A DNA stretch of 55,085 nucleotides from Myxococcota bacterium (GCA_040752415.1 JBFMGU010000037.1:1-55085); one strand, 5' to 3'; counted from the first letter of the stretch, positions 40,512 through 51,200 are shown. Notes: a model not told the origin generated them from the letters alone. Numbers and translations: made by a program.

Positions 40512-41530
40512 GGGATGAACGTGCTCTTCTGGGCCAGCTCAAAACAAGCTGCCACCTCGGCGGGGGTCAGGATGCCGGCGTCCATCAGCAGCGTGGACTC
40601 CTGCGCCAGGTTGGTGTCCAGCAGGTAGGGACCGTCGGTGTTGATGGTGAAGGGCACCCGGTTCTGCTTGAACACCTTGACGATGTGCCCGAACTCACTG
40701 AGGTCCTTCACCGCCTTGGTGTGCAGGTTGGAGGTGGGGCAGAGCTCCAGCACCACGCCGCTGTCGCGCACCATCTCCAGCGCCTCCTGGTTGTACGCGG
40801 CGCGGATGCCGTGCCCGATGCGGTTGGGCTTGAGATGGCGCAGCACCGCGATCACGCCCTCTCCCGAGGTGTGCGGCGTCTCACCGGTGTGCACCGTGGT
40901 CTTCAGCCCGGCCGCGCGCGCCTTGGCAAACAGGCCCTCGTACAGGCCCGCGTCGCGCACGCGCAGCTCCACGTTCATGCTCTCCGGCCCGGCCAGGTCA
41001 ATGCCCACCACGCCGCGGTCCCGGTACTTGATGGCCTTGTTGACGATGATCTCGTTGAGCTCGATGGAGAACTCGCGCGCCAGGCAGAACACCAGGGCGC
41101 AGCGGGTGCCGTATTCCAGGCACGCGTCGTCCATGCCGTGGATGGCGGCCTGGATGATGTGGTCCAGGTCCCGCTCTCCGCCCAGGTTGCGCTTCATGGG
41201 GTTGAAACGCAGCTCCATCGTCGTCACGCGGGAGGAGCGGTACTCCTTGCCAATGATCTCGTAGACGCTGCGGTGGATGGCGGAGGGGGAGGACTGAATC
41301 TTCTCCGTCCACTCGTGCATGATCTTCAGGTAGTCATCCAGGTTGTGCACCCGGTCGGCGCGGACGGTGATCATGTCCACGAATGACCAGTAGTCACGCA
41401 CCGGGAGCTTGAAGCCCTGTTGGTGGGCAATGCTGAAGAGGATGTGGGGCGCCACGGCGCCGCCCACGTGGATGTGCAGGTCGGTCAGCTCCTGCGGCAG
41501 GCGAGGGTCCCAGCGAGGGGTCACGGACAT
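40508..41530 (-). CDS. Adenosine/adenine deaminase family amidohydrolase
   Basis: DLHIHVGG, GIDLAGPE, TVHTGE, RIGHG, LELCPTSN, INTDGP motifs. Confidence 0.92.
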   Translation of the reverse strand: MSVTPRWDPRLPQELTDLHIHVGGAVAPHILFSIAHQQGFKLPVRDYWSFVDMITVRADRVHNLDDYLKIMHEWTEKIQSSPSAIHRSVYEIIGKEYRSSRVTTMELRFNPMKRNLGGERDLDHIIQAAIHGMDDACLEYGTRCALVFCLAREFSIELNEIIVNKAIKYRDRGVVGIDLAGPESMNVELRVRDAGLYEGLFAKARAAGLKTTVHTGETPHTSGEGVIAVLRHLKPNRIGHGIRAAYNQEALEMVRDSGVVLELCPTSNLHTKAVKDLSEFGHIVKVFKQNRVPFTINTDGPYLLDTNLAQESTLLMDAGILTPAEVAACFELAQKSTFIP

Positions 41531-41642
41531 GTCGCGTGTTTAGCGCCAAGCGGTCCCGGAGGCGAGACGTCTTGAGGCAACCCTCGTCCGGCGGCCGTGT
41601 TTCTTGACAGGGCGTGCGGTGGCCGTGACGCTTCCCCACATT

Positions 41643-42980
41643 GTGCTCAGCGCCATCCGCCCCGGCGTGGTCCTGATTGTGGACGACGAGGCCTTCAGCC
41701 GAAGGCTGCTTGCCGACGCCATGGCTGCCGACGGCCACCTGGTGCGCACCGCCGACACCGGCGAGGACGCGCTGGCGGTGCTGGAGACGGAGCCGGTGGA
41801 CGTGGTGCTGGTGGACCTGGTGATGCCGGGCATGGGCGGCATGCGGCTCATCGAGCGCGCCCGGCAACGCGACCCGCACCTGGAGCTGGTGGTGTGCACC
41901 TCCGTCAAGGACGTGGACACCGCGGTGACCGCCATGCGCGCGGGCGCCTCCGACTACCTGGTCAAGCCCATCAGCCCCGGCGCGCTGCGCCTGGCGGTGG
42001 CGCGCAGCCTGGAGCGTCGTCGACTGCTGGGCGAGAACCAGCGTCTCCGACGTGACCTGGAGCTGGTGCGCGCAAGCCACCGCCTGCTCAGCACCATGGA
42101 TGAGCGGCGCGTCTGCGAGATGGCGCTGGAGGACCTGCTGCGGCTCACCGGCGGCTTTGCCGGGGCCCTGGGGCGGCCGGGCGCGGTGATGGCCTGCCGC
42201 GAGCTCTCCGACGCCCACGCGGCCCTGGCGCTGGCGCTGGCCTCACGCCAGGCGGAGTCCTCACCGGTGGAGGACGTGGGGCAGCTGGAGGAGGAGCTGA
42301 TTGCGCTGGGCCCGGCGCTGGTGGTGTGGCTGGGCAGCGGCGCGGACGCGGTGCGGGGTCTCATTGCCCGTCGCTGCGGGCAGGCTCCGTTGGAGGCGGG
42401 TGAGCTGGAGGCCGCGCAGTTCCTGATGCGCCACGCGCAGACCGCGCTGGAGAACCTGCAGCGCTACACCGCGGCGGCGGAGGCGGCGCGACGCGACAGC
42501 CTCACCGGATTGTTCAACGCGGCGGTGCTGGAGGAGGCGCTGGTGCAGGAGGTGATGCGCGGCAAGGAAACCGGCCAGCCGTGCGCGCTCCTGTTCCTGG
42601 ACCTGGATGACTTCAAGCGCATCAACGACGCGCACGGCCACCTCATGGGCAGCAAGCTGCTGGTGGAGCTGGCGGGGGTGCTGCGTCGCGCGGTGCGTGA
42701 GGGGGACATCATCTCCCGCTGGGGTGGCGACGAGTACGCGGTGGTGCTCCTGGACGCCGAGGACGCGGATGCGCGCGTGGTGGCCGAGCGCGTGCGCGGC
42801 ATCATCGAGAACCACCATTTCCTGCTGCGCGAGGGCCTGCGCGTGAAGGTCACCGTCAGCATGGGGGTGGCGCTCTTCCCCCGCGACGGAACCACCGCGC
42901 GCGACCTGCTGGCCAAGGCCGACGCGGACATGTACCGCGCCAAGACCAAGGGCAAGAACGCGGTGGTCTGCACCGGCTGA
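41643..42980 (+). CDS. Response regulator / diguanylate cyclase (REC + GAF-like linker + GGDEF)
   Basis: LIVDDE, DLVMPG and YLVKP (REC); DSLTGLFN, DLDDFKRINDAHGH, REGD I-site and GGDEY; start uncertain (ORF open from 41604). Confidence 0.9.
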   Translation: MLSAIRPGVVLIVDDEAFSRRLLADAMAADGHLVRTADTGEDALAVLETEPVDVVLVDLVMPGMGGMRLIERARQRDPHLELVVCTSVKDVDTAVTAMRAGASDYLVKPISPGALRLAVARSLERRRLLGENQRLRRDLELVRASHRLLSTMDERRVCEMALEDLLRLTGGFAGALGRPGAVMACRELSDAHAALALALASRQAESSPVEDVGQLEEELIALGPALVVWLGSGADAVRGLIARRCGQAPLEAGELEAAQFLMRHAQTALENLQRYTAAAEAARRDSLTGLFNAAVLEEALVQEVMRGKETGQPCALLFLDLDDFKRINDAHGHLMGSKLLVELAGVLRRAVREGDIISRWGGDEYAVVLLDAEDADARVVAERVRGIIENHHFLLREGLRVKVTVSMGVALFPRDGTTARDLLAKADADMYRAKTKGKNAVVCTG

Positions 42981-42990
42981 TTCCTCGTCG

Positions 42991-44967
42991 TCATTCCGCG
43001 GGTGGCGCGCCGTGGAACAGGTCACCCACCACCACGTCCACGCCCTCCGGCGGTGTCTGGTACGCCGTGACGTGCAGCTCCAGGCAACGTCCCGCCACCT
43101 CCGCGCCGTCGAGACGCACACGCTTGCGCACATCAAAGGACCAATCTCCGGCGAGGGTGCCGGGCGCGTGCGGCGGGCAGGCGTTGTGGACGGAGAGGGT
43201 GACGTCGCTGACCTGCTGCAGGTCCGGCTCGAACCAGAGGAGCGCGGCGGTCCATTGCGCCACGTCGCGGTCCTCGGGTCCTTCGTCGCCCACGGGCCAG
43301 ATGTGCGTCTCTCCCTGGTGGATGGTGAACGCGCGCCAGCCCCAGCCCCACGGCGCGGGCAGGTCCCAGTCCGCGGGCGCGCGCACGTTCACGCGGCCAA
43401 ATCCCGACGAGCGCGAGATGCCCGCGCGCAGCGGCGTGGTGTCGCCCGGCTCGCCGTTCCAGGCGTCGGCGGTAAGCAGCAGGTTCAGCATGACGAGGCG
43501 CGCGTCGTCGGCGGGCCAGCCCTGCTCCGCCATGGCCTGCTTGAGCAACAGCGCCGCGCCGCTGACCGCGGGCGCCGCGAACGACGTCCCCTCGATGCGG
43601 CCATCCTCGTTGTACGTGCCGGGCGCGAGGTGGAAGTTGTGTCGCCACACGCCGGGCGCGGCCAGTCCCACGCCGGACAGCTCCAGCGCATGTCCGCTGA
43701 GCGCGCGCGCCTGCATCCCGCCCAGCGACGAGAACGGCCAGCGACCCAGCTCCTGGTAGGGGAGCCAGTCCACCCAGCTGTCCATGGCGGTGACGGAGAG
43801 CACCTCGGTGCGGAACGCGGGCCAGGTCAGCTTGCACGCGGGGTCGTTGTACCCGGAGTTGCCGGCGGACTTGACGACGAGGATCCCCGCCTCCAGCGCG
43901 CGCGTGAGTGCGGTGTTGACGCCGCCGCAGTCGTAGGTGGGGTCGCAGCGCGCGGAGTCCTCGCCAAAGGAGAAGTTCGCCACGTCGACGCCGAAGAACA
44001 CCATGTGCTCCAGCGCGCTGGTGATGTCGTCGCAGGTGTCAATGGCGTAGTAGAAGAGCTCCGCCTCCGGGGCCTGGCCGCTGCGCTGCACCTGGTCGAC
44101 GGTGCGCGTGCCGGGATAGCCGGGGTCCTGGCCCTCCTCGATGCTGCCGAGCGCCAGCCAGGCCACCTTGGTGCCGTGGGTGTCGTTGCTGGCGTCCTCG
44201 TTGGTGGGACGGCACGCGCCGGTGCGACAGTCCAGCACGGACACGATGCGCGAATCCGCGTCGACCTCGTCACGCCAGCCGTAGAAGTCGCGGCCCAGCC
44301 AGTTCTGCCCGGTGCCGTTGTATTCCACCACGCCCAGTCGCGTGCGGCCGCCGTTGGCCCCACCCGACTTTCCGTCGACACCCGCGCCCACCAGACGCCC
44401 CGTGCCCGTCTTGCGTCGCGCCTCCGCTCCGTCGAACTGCTCGCTGCGCAGGCTGCCCACCGTGCTCACCTCCGCCACCAGCGGCCAGCGCGCCAGCGTG
44501 GCGACGTCACCCGCGCGCACCGTGGCGGAAACCTGCGGCACCAGCTGATGCACCACCACGTCCGTGGCGCCCAGCGCCTCCACCTGCGTGCGCAGGGCCT
44601 TCAGCGCCGGCGTCACGCCAACCGCGTCCGCCAGCGTCGAGCGCAGGAGCAGGGGCGCGGTCCACCATTTCTCGCCGACGTTGTCGGGGAGGCGCAGCGT
44701 CACACGCAACGGCGCGCGTGGGTCCATGGCAGCGGCGTGGGCGAGCGTGCGGGAGGTCAACGTTGGAGCGCGGTCGACGAGGGGGCCGGGTGCCGTGGGA
44801 CGGGATGGCGACGTTTCTCGCACCACGCGGTGCACCACGGGCGTGGCGGGTGCGCCGGTGTGCGAGAGGCGGTCCGCCAGGACCGGCACGGTGGCGACGG
44901 GAGATGACATGGGCTGACAGGCCGCGGCCGAGAAGGCACACAGCCACACAAGCCGTGGGTGCATCAC
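42991..44967 (-). CDS. S8 subtilisin-like serine peptidase, probable lipoprotein (E-H-S triad)
   Basis: SAAAC lipobox-like; GVVEY, THGTKVA, KSAGNSG, GTSFAAPAVSG, GFGRVN. Confidence 0.88.
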   Translation of the reverse strand: MMHPRLVWLCAFSAAACQPMSSPVATVPVLADRLSHTGAPATPVVHRVVRETSPSRPTAPGPLVDRAPTLTSRTLAHAAAMDPRAPLRVTLRLPDNVGEKWWTAPLLLRSTLADAVGVTPALKALRTQVEALGATDVVVHQLVPQVSATVRAGDVATLARWPLVAEVSTVGSLRSEQFDGAEARRKTGTGRLVGAGVDGKSGGANGGRTRLGVVEYNGTGQNWLGRDFYGWRDEVDADSRIVSVLDCRTGACRPTNEDASNDTHGTKVAWLALGSIEEGQDPGYPGTRTVDQVQRSGQAPEAELFYYAIDTCDDITSALEHMVFFGVDVANFSFGEDSARCDPTYDCGGVNTALTRALEAGILVVKSAGNSGYNDPACKLTWPAFRTEVLSVTAMDSWVDWLPYQELGRWPFSSLGGMQARALSGHALELSGVGLAAPGVWRHNFHLAPGTYNEDGRIEGTSFAAPAVSGAALLLKQAMAEQGWPADDARLVMLNLLLTADAWNGEPGDTTPLRAGISRSSGFGRVNVRAPADWDLPAPWGWGWRAFTIHQGETHIWPVGDEGPEDRDVAQWTAALLWFEPDLQQVSDVTLSVHNACPPHAPGTLAGDWSFDVRKRVRLDGAEVAGRCLELHVTAYQTPPEGVDVVVGDLFHGAPPAE

Positions 44968-45090
44968 GCGCTCCGTGGGGAGGCCGCGTCACCGTCGAGG
45001 ACAGGGTGCGATGACGTGGTGATGCCGTTGTAACGGCCGACCTGTTCCACCCGCCGGAGCGCGTGACGTGGCGAGGTTGATCCGGGCTTT

Positions 45091-45119
45091 TTGACAGCCG
45101 CGTGCGGGACGCGCACCAT
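45091..45119 (+). promoter_or_regulatory. Putative sigma70-type promoter (likely leaderless transcript)
   Basis: TTGACA-N17-CACCAT, 7 nt upstream of ATG 45127. Confidence 0.45.
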
Positions 45120-45126
45120 CACGGCC

Positions 45127-45420
45127 ATGGCGTTCATCAAGGCCGTGCTGATTGTGGCGTTGCTGGGCGGTCTCGGCGTCCTCATCATGGACCGCGACGA
45201 GATCTTCCTGCTGCAGCATTACGAAGGACGTGTGGTGCACGCGTACCAGGACACCGCGGGATTCACCGACGGGAGACAGGACCAGCGCTACATGGTGCAG
45301 GTGGAAACCCCCGACGGCACCCGCACCTTCGAGGTGCCCATGCGCTACTTCCGTGAGCTGCAGCCCGGCGCCTCCGTCAAGAAGTCCTTCCTCAGCACCA
45401 AGCTGGTCATCTCGCGCTGA
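45127..45420 (+). CDS. Small protein with N-terminal membrane anchor and beta-rich (OB-fold-like) domain
   Basis: MAFIKAVLIVALLGGLGVL; YEGRVV...LQPGASVKK; host-like codon usage. Confidence 0.75.
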   Translation: MAFIKAVLIVALLGGLGVLIMDRDEIFLLQHYEGRVVHAYQDTAGFTDGRQDQRYMVQVETPDGTRTFEVPMRYFRELQPGASVKKSFLSTKLVISR

Positions 45421-45428
45421 GCGCGCCC

Positions 45429-46379
45429 ATGCCGGACTACTGGACCATCCTGGGGCTCATGCTCCCCGTGTACGGCATCATTGCCGTCGGCGTGATCACC
45501 CGTCGGGTGGGGATCCTGGCCGCGGAGGCCGAGCAGAGCCTCACGCGCGTCCTCATCAACGTGCTGTTCCCGTGCCTGGCGCTGGACAAGATCGTCGGCA
45601 ATGCCGCGCTGCGGGACCCGCGCAACGTGGTCATTCCGCCGGCGGTGGGCTTCCTCACGGTGTGCCTGGGTTATCTCGTGGGCAACCTGGTGGGCCGCGT
45701 GGCGCTGCGTGGCAGCGACGTGACGCGGCGGACCTTCGCGTTCACGTCGGGGACGTACAACTACGGCTATGTGCCGCTGCCGCTGGCCATGTCGCTCTTT
45801 GGCGACGCCACGGTGGGCGTGCTCTTCGTGCACAACGTGGGCGTGGAGCTGGCGCTGTGGACCGTGGGCCTCATCACGCTCACCGGGGGAACGCGACAGC
45901 TGGGGTGGCGAGCGCTGGTCAGCGCACCGTTGGTGTCCATCGTCGTCGGACTGGTGCTCAACGCCGTGGAGGCGCGACCGCACGTGCCGCACTTCGTGTG
46001 GACGCTGCTGGGCATGCTGGGCGCGTGTGCCATTCCGTTGGCGCTGATGCTCATTGGCGCGGTGGCGCACGACCACGTGGGGCAGGCGCGTGGCGACGGA
46101 GCGCGCGTGCGCGTGCCAGTGGCGGCGGTGGTGGTGCGGCTGCTCATCCTCCCGGCGCTCTTCCTGTTGGGTGCGCGTTTCCTGCTGCGCGGTCACCACG
46201 AGCTCACCCGCGTGGTGGCGCTCCAGGCGGCCATGCCCGCGGCGATGTTCCCCGTGGTGATGACCCGTCACTATGGTGGCGACGTGGGAACGGCGTTGCG
46301 TGTGGTGTTGTGGACCTCCCTGCTGAGCCTGGTCACCGCACCGTGGTGGATCGACGCGGGCCTGTCGCTGCTGCGTTGA
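45429..46379 (+). CDS. AEC (auxin efflux carrier/malate permease) family transporter
   Basis: NVLFPCL, NYGYVPLPL, AIPLALMLIG and LQAAMPAA motifs; ~10 TM helices. Confidence 0.9.
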   Translation: MPDYWTILGLMLPVYGIIAVGVITRRVGILAAEAEQSLTRVLINVLFPCLALDKIVGNAALRDPRNVVIPPAVGFLTVCLGYLVGNLVGRVALRGSDVTRRTFAFTSGTYNYGYVPLPLAMSLFGDATVGVLFVHNVGVELALWTVGLITLTGGTRQLGWRALVSAPLVSIVVGLVLNAVEARPHVPHFVWTLLGMLGACAIPLALMLIGAVAHDHVGQARGDGARVRVPVAAVVVRLLILPALFLLGARFLLRGHHELTRVVALQAAMPAAMFPVVMTRHYGGDVGTALRVVLWTSLLSLVTAPWWIDAGLSLLR

Positions 46380-46410
46380 CACGCGCACCTTCCAACCGTA
46401 GCCAGACGTC

Positions 46411-46818
46411 ATGACGACGCTCTCTCTTGTCCAGCCCGAGGGATGGAAGCCGCCCAGGGGCTACGCCAACGGTGTTGTTGGTGAAGGTCGAATCCTGTTC
46501 GTGGGTGGCCAGATTGGCTGGGATGGCCAGGAGACCTTCCACACCGACGTGCTGCACGAGCAGTGGGCGCAGGCGTTGGACAACGTGCTGGCGGTGGTGC
46601 GCGCCGCGGGCGGCGGGCCGGAGCACATTGCGCGCATGACGGTCTACGTCGTGGACAAGCGGGAGTACGCGGCGCAGCGCAAGGAGATTGGCGCGGCGTG
46701 GAAGGCGCGCATGGGGCGGCACTATCCGGCCATGGCGCTCGTTGAGGTGAAGAGCCTGCTGGAGGACCGTGCACGGGTGGAGATCGAGGCTACCGCGGTG
46801 CTGCCGACGACGCGGTGA
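46411..46818 (+). CDS. RidA/YjgF family protein
   Basis: PRGYANG, LFVGGQIG, HYPAMALVEVKSL, VEIEATAVL. Confidence 0.92.
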   Translation: MTTLSLVQPEGWKPPRGYANGVVGEGRILFVGGQIGWDGQETFHTDVLHEQWAQALDNVLAVVRAAGGGPEHIARMTVYVVDKREYAAQRKEIGAAWKARMGRHYPAMALVEVKSLLEDRARVEIEATAVLPTTR

Positions 46819-46852
46819 GCTCGCGGCGCAGGCCGGGCATGGGATACGCGCC

Positions 46853-46881
46853 TTGACAGCGCGAAGGGCCAACGTTCCAAT
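46853..46881 (+). promoter_or_regulatory. Putative sigma70-type promoter for the Uma2 gene
   Basis: TTGACA-N17-TCCAAT. Confidence 0.45.
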
Positions 46882-46906
46882 TTCCGGTCAGAGGCGAGTA
46901 ACGACC

Positions 46907-47518
46907 ATGGTTTCGCGTCCTCACGGTCCCCCCGAAAGCGCTTCGCGTTCCGATGCACCAACCCGTCTCTGGACGTGCGACGAATATCGCCGTCTGGCGG
47001 AGTTGGGGATTCTGGACCCGGAGGAACGGGTGGAGCTGTTGGAGGGAGAAATCGTCATGTTGGCGGCGCAGCGGCCTCCCCACAGCACCTCAGTGCGCCT
47101 CGTCGAGGAAGCCTTGCGCAAGGCCTTTGGCGCGGGCTGGGACGTGCGGTCGCTGTTGCCTCTGACCCTGGGCAAGCGGTCGGAGCCGGAGGCGGACGTT
47201 GCCGTCGTGAGAGGCTCCATCCGGGACTACGCGCAGGCGCACCCAACCACTGCGGCGTTGGTGGTCGAGGTGTCCGATACGACGTTGCGGTTGGACCGTA
47301 GCCGGAAGTGGAGCATCTACGCCAAGGGCGCCATCCCGGAATACTGGATCGTGAACCTGGTGGACCGTGTCGTCGAGGTTCACCGCGATCCGGGGCCACT
47401 CAAGGGCGCACAGTACGGCGCGGGCTACACCACGCGACACATCGCGGGTGAGGACGGGACCGTCTCGCCGCTCGCCGCGCCTGAGTCCGCCATCGCGGTG
47501 AAAGACCTGCTGCCGTAG
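46907..47518 (+). CDS. Uma2 family (DUF820) putative endonuclease
   Basis: WTCDEYRRL, RVELLEGEIV, SEPEADVAVV, LVVEVSDTT, YAKGAIPEYWIVNL. Confidence 0.92.
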   Translation: MVSRPHGPPESASRSDAPTRLWTCDEYRRLAELGILDPEERVELLEGEIVMLAAQRPPHSTSVRLVEEALRKAFGAGWDVRSLLPLTLGKRSEPEADVAVVRGSIRDYAQAHPTTAALVVEVSDTTLRLDRSRKWSIYAKGAIPEYWIVNLVDRVVEVHRDPGPLKGAQYGAGYTTRHIAGEDGTVSPLAAPESAIAVKDLLP

Positions 47519-47531
47519 ACCCGCCGACGAA

Positions 47532-47969
47532 TCAGAACGGAATGTCCTCCTCCCACCATGGGTCTTGCTGGTCGCCCTCGAGGTGGGTGGTTGGGTCAAC
47601 GTCCACCTGCTCCTCCATGAACCGGATGTCCTCCTCTTCCCACGCTGCGTCAGCCTCATGGTCTGCCGCGCTCAGCGCGCGTTCCTCGTCCTGACGACGC
47701 TTGATCTCCTCGGCGTACGCGCGCACGCGCGGGTCGGGGTGGACGAGGTAGCGCTCGAACACATGGCGGACGCGTCGGCGGACGAACACGCCGTCATGCA
47801 GCAGCTGTTCGATGTTGCGGACGTGTTGCCGGTACGCGAGCTCCTCGGCGCCCAGCTTCGAGCAGTCCTTGCACACGTGACGACGATGCCCGCCGCCCGA
47901 GAAGCGCTCATTGGCCCTCATCCTGCCGCAAACCCAGCAGAAGTGTCCGTGGCGCTTCTTCTTCCCCAT
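47532..47969 (-). CDS. Hypothetical Zn-ribbon protein with acidic C-terminal tail
   Basis: MGKKKRHGHFCWVCGRMRANERFSGGGHRRHVCKDC (two CxxC); ends WWEEDIPF. Confidence 0.75.
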   Translation of the reverse strand: MGKKKRHGHFCWVCGRMRANERFSGGGHRRHVCKDCSKLGAEELAYRQHVRNIEQLLHDGVFVRRRVRHVFERYLVHPDPRVRAYAEEIKRRQDEERALSAADHEADAAWEEEDIRFMEEQVDVDPTTHLEGDQQDPWWEEDIPF

Positions 47970-48278
47970 CAAGCTGCTCCTGCCCGGTTGCTGTGTCCGC
48001 CGGGATGACGTGGAATCCAACAGCGTTCCGCCCCGGAAGATCAAGCCCCGCAGCGTTTCCTCCGGGCTGGGGAGCAACCGGGTGCTCGCGCTGAACGGGT
48101 TCGGATCTGCAACGTCTCCGTGACGTCACGGCAGCACCGCTTCCGCGCGACGCGGCTCAGGCGACGGCAAGGCTGGATGACATGTGGGGTCACGAATAGC
48201 TCCGAGATGGTGGCATGCGCATCGCGCATCCACGACTGCCCGGAAGGTGTGACGTCGTCAATGTGACGCACCGGAGAT

Positions 48279-51200
48279 GTGCCCATGCGCTCCTGCATCC
48301 CTGCCCACCCTCTCGTGTCGGCGTTCCTCCTCACGGGGGCAATGTCATGGTCATCATGCTCCGGCGCGGGTGCCGACACCCCGGACTGTGGAGATGGTGC
48401 ACGCAACGGCGCGGAAACCGACGTGGACTGCGGTGGCACGGATTGTCCGCCGTGCAGCGAAGGCAAGCAGTGCGTCTCCGACACCGACTGCGCGAACGGC
48501 GAATGCGTGGGCAACAAGTGCGCGCCCGCGGCCTGCACGGATGCCACCGAGAGCGGCCAGGAGACCGACGTCGACTGTGGTGGCCCGGACTGCGAGCGCT
48601 GCGCCGACGGACGCACGTGCGAGGTGAACACCGACTGCGTGAGCGGGCTGTGCAACGGCGGGAAATGTCGCGCCACCACGTGCCAGGACGAGCAGCTGAA
48701 CGAGGAAGAGACGGACGTGGACTGCGGTGGCCCCATCTGCGGAGCCTGCCTGCCCGGCGATACCTGCGAGCTGCCTTCCGACTGCGCCAGCGGCGTGTGC
48801 TTCGAGGGAACCTGCTTCCGTCCCACGTGCACGGACGCGGTCCGCAATGCCGACGAGTCCGACGTGGATTGCGGCGGCAAGACCTGCGGCGGCTGCGTGC
48901 TGGGCGAGCTGTGTCGTGATGGCGAGGATTGTCTCAGCGGCAACTGCCAAGGCGGTACGTGTGGACCCCCGCGCTGCGACGACAACATCAACAACGGGCA
49001 TGAGACCGACGTGGATTGCGGCGGGCCGTTGTGCGGCGGATGCTCCACTGGTGAGCACTGCATCCTGGGCCGGGATTGCCTGAGCCACGTCTGCGCCGCG
49101 GGCCTGTGCCGGGCGCCCACCTGCTCCGACCGCGTCCGCAACGCGGAAGAGACCGGCGTGGATTGCGGCGGCCCTACGTGCGCACGCTGTCCCAACGGCC
49201 AGCAGTGCACCGTCAACACCGACTGCACCAGCAACCTGTGCTCCGAGGGCGTGTGCGTGGCGTCGGCGTGCGTGAACGGGACCAAGGACGTGGGTGAGAC
49301 CGACGTGGACTGCGGCGGGCCGGATTGTCGCGACTGCGTCGTGGGGAAACGGTGCCTGGTGGGAGCGGACTGCGCCAGCGCGGTGTGCGCGGGTGGCGCG
49401 TGCCGGGCGCCCTCGTGCAGTGACACCGTCAAGAACGGCAGCGAGACCGGCGTGGATTGTGGCGGACCCACGTGCCCGGACTGCGCCGATGGGCAGCAGT
49501 GTCTGGTGGGAGCGGACTGCGCCAGCCGGGTGTGTTCCGGCAACGTGTGTCGTCCCGCCACCTGCGCCGACAACATCCGGAACGGGAGCGAGACCGACGT
49601 GGATTGCGGCGGCGCGGCCTGTGATGACTGCGCCACCGGTCACGCATGTGTGGCGGATCCGGACTGTGCCAGTGGTGTCTGCGTGCAGCTGTTGTGCCGT
49701 GCGCCCACGTGCCGCGACGGCGTCATGAATGGCGACGAGACGGACCTGGATTGCGGCGGGCCGGACTGTGGCGACTGCGCCGACGGAAGGCGCTGCGAGA
49801 TCGACACCGACTGCGACAGCGACGTGTGCACCTCCAACGTGTGCCAGGCGCCGACCTGCGACGACAACGAGGAGAACGGGTCGGAAACCGACGAGGACTG
49901 CGGTGGGCCGGTCTGCGACGAGTGCGAAGTGGGCGAGTCGTGCGAGGTGGACAATGACTGCGAGAGCGACATCTGCCGCAACGACATCTGCCGTAGCTCC
50001 GACTGCAACGACAACGTCCGCAATGGCCGTGAGACCGACGTGGACTGCGGTGGACCGCGCTGCGATGACTGCGGGCTGGGTGACCGGTGCCGGCGCGACC
50101 GCGACTGCGACAGCGACTTCTGCGACGACGGGATCTGCCGCCGGAATCCGTGCGCGGACAACCGCGAGAACGGCCGCGAGACCGACGTGGATTGCGGCGG
50201 GCCCGACTGCGACGAGTGCGACGCCGGCGAGTCGTGCGAGGTGGACTCCGACTGCGAGAGCGACATCTGCACCGGCGGCATCTGCCGCAGGCACTCCTGC
50301 TTTGACAACCGCCGCAACGGCGACGAGACCGACGTGGACTGTGGTGGCGAGGACTGCGACGAGTGCAACACCGGAGAGTTCTGCGAGGAGGACGAGGACT
50401 GCGAGAGCCGCAACTGCCGGGATGACGTGTGCCGCGCATCGTCGTGCAACGACGACACCCGCAACGGTGACGAGACGGACGTGGATTGCGGCGGCCCGGA
50501 TTGTCGCGATTGTCGCGCGGGCAAGCGGTGCGACGTGGACGACGACTGCCTCAGCGATGTGTGCACCGGTGGCACCTGCCGGGCGTCCAGCTGCACCGAT
50601 GACGTCCGCAACGGCCGCGAGTCCGACGTGGATTGCGGCGGCTCATGCCCGGATTGCGCCGACGGTCGACGCTGCGACACGGACTCTGACTGCGTCAGCG
50701 ACCGTTGCGTGGGTGGCATCTGCCAGGGCTACTCCTGCTCGGACCGCGTCGAGAACGGGCGCGAGACCGACGTGGATTGTGGCGGTCCGGATTGTGGCGA
50801 CTGTCCCGCCGGCGCGGCGTGCCTGACCAACGGTGACTGCAGCAACAACTCGTGCGTGGGCGGTGTGTGTCGTACCGCGGGTTGTTCCGACGGCACCAGG
50901 AACGGCGGCGAGACGGACGTGGATTGCGGCGGTGAGCTGTGCAACCCGTGTGACGACGGCCGGGCGTGTGCCGACAACGACGACTGCGACAGCGCTTGGT
51001 GCGTGGGCAACGTGTGCCAGGTCCCCGAGCCCTCGTGCACGGACGGCATCCAGAACGGGAACGAGACGGACGTGGACTGCGGTGGTCCGGATTGCGGCGA
51101 CTGCGTCAACGGGCAGGCTTGCCGCGCCAACGAGGACTGTCGCAGCGGCCTGTGCGCGGGCAACGTGTGTGAGGCCGAGCCCACCTGCAATGACGACGTG

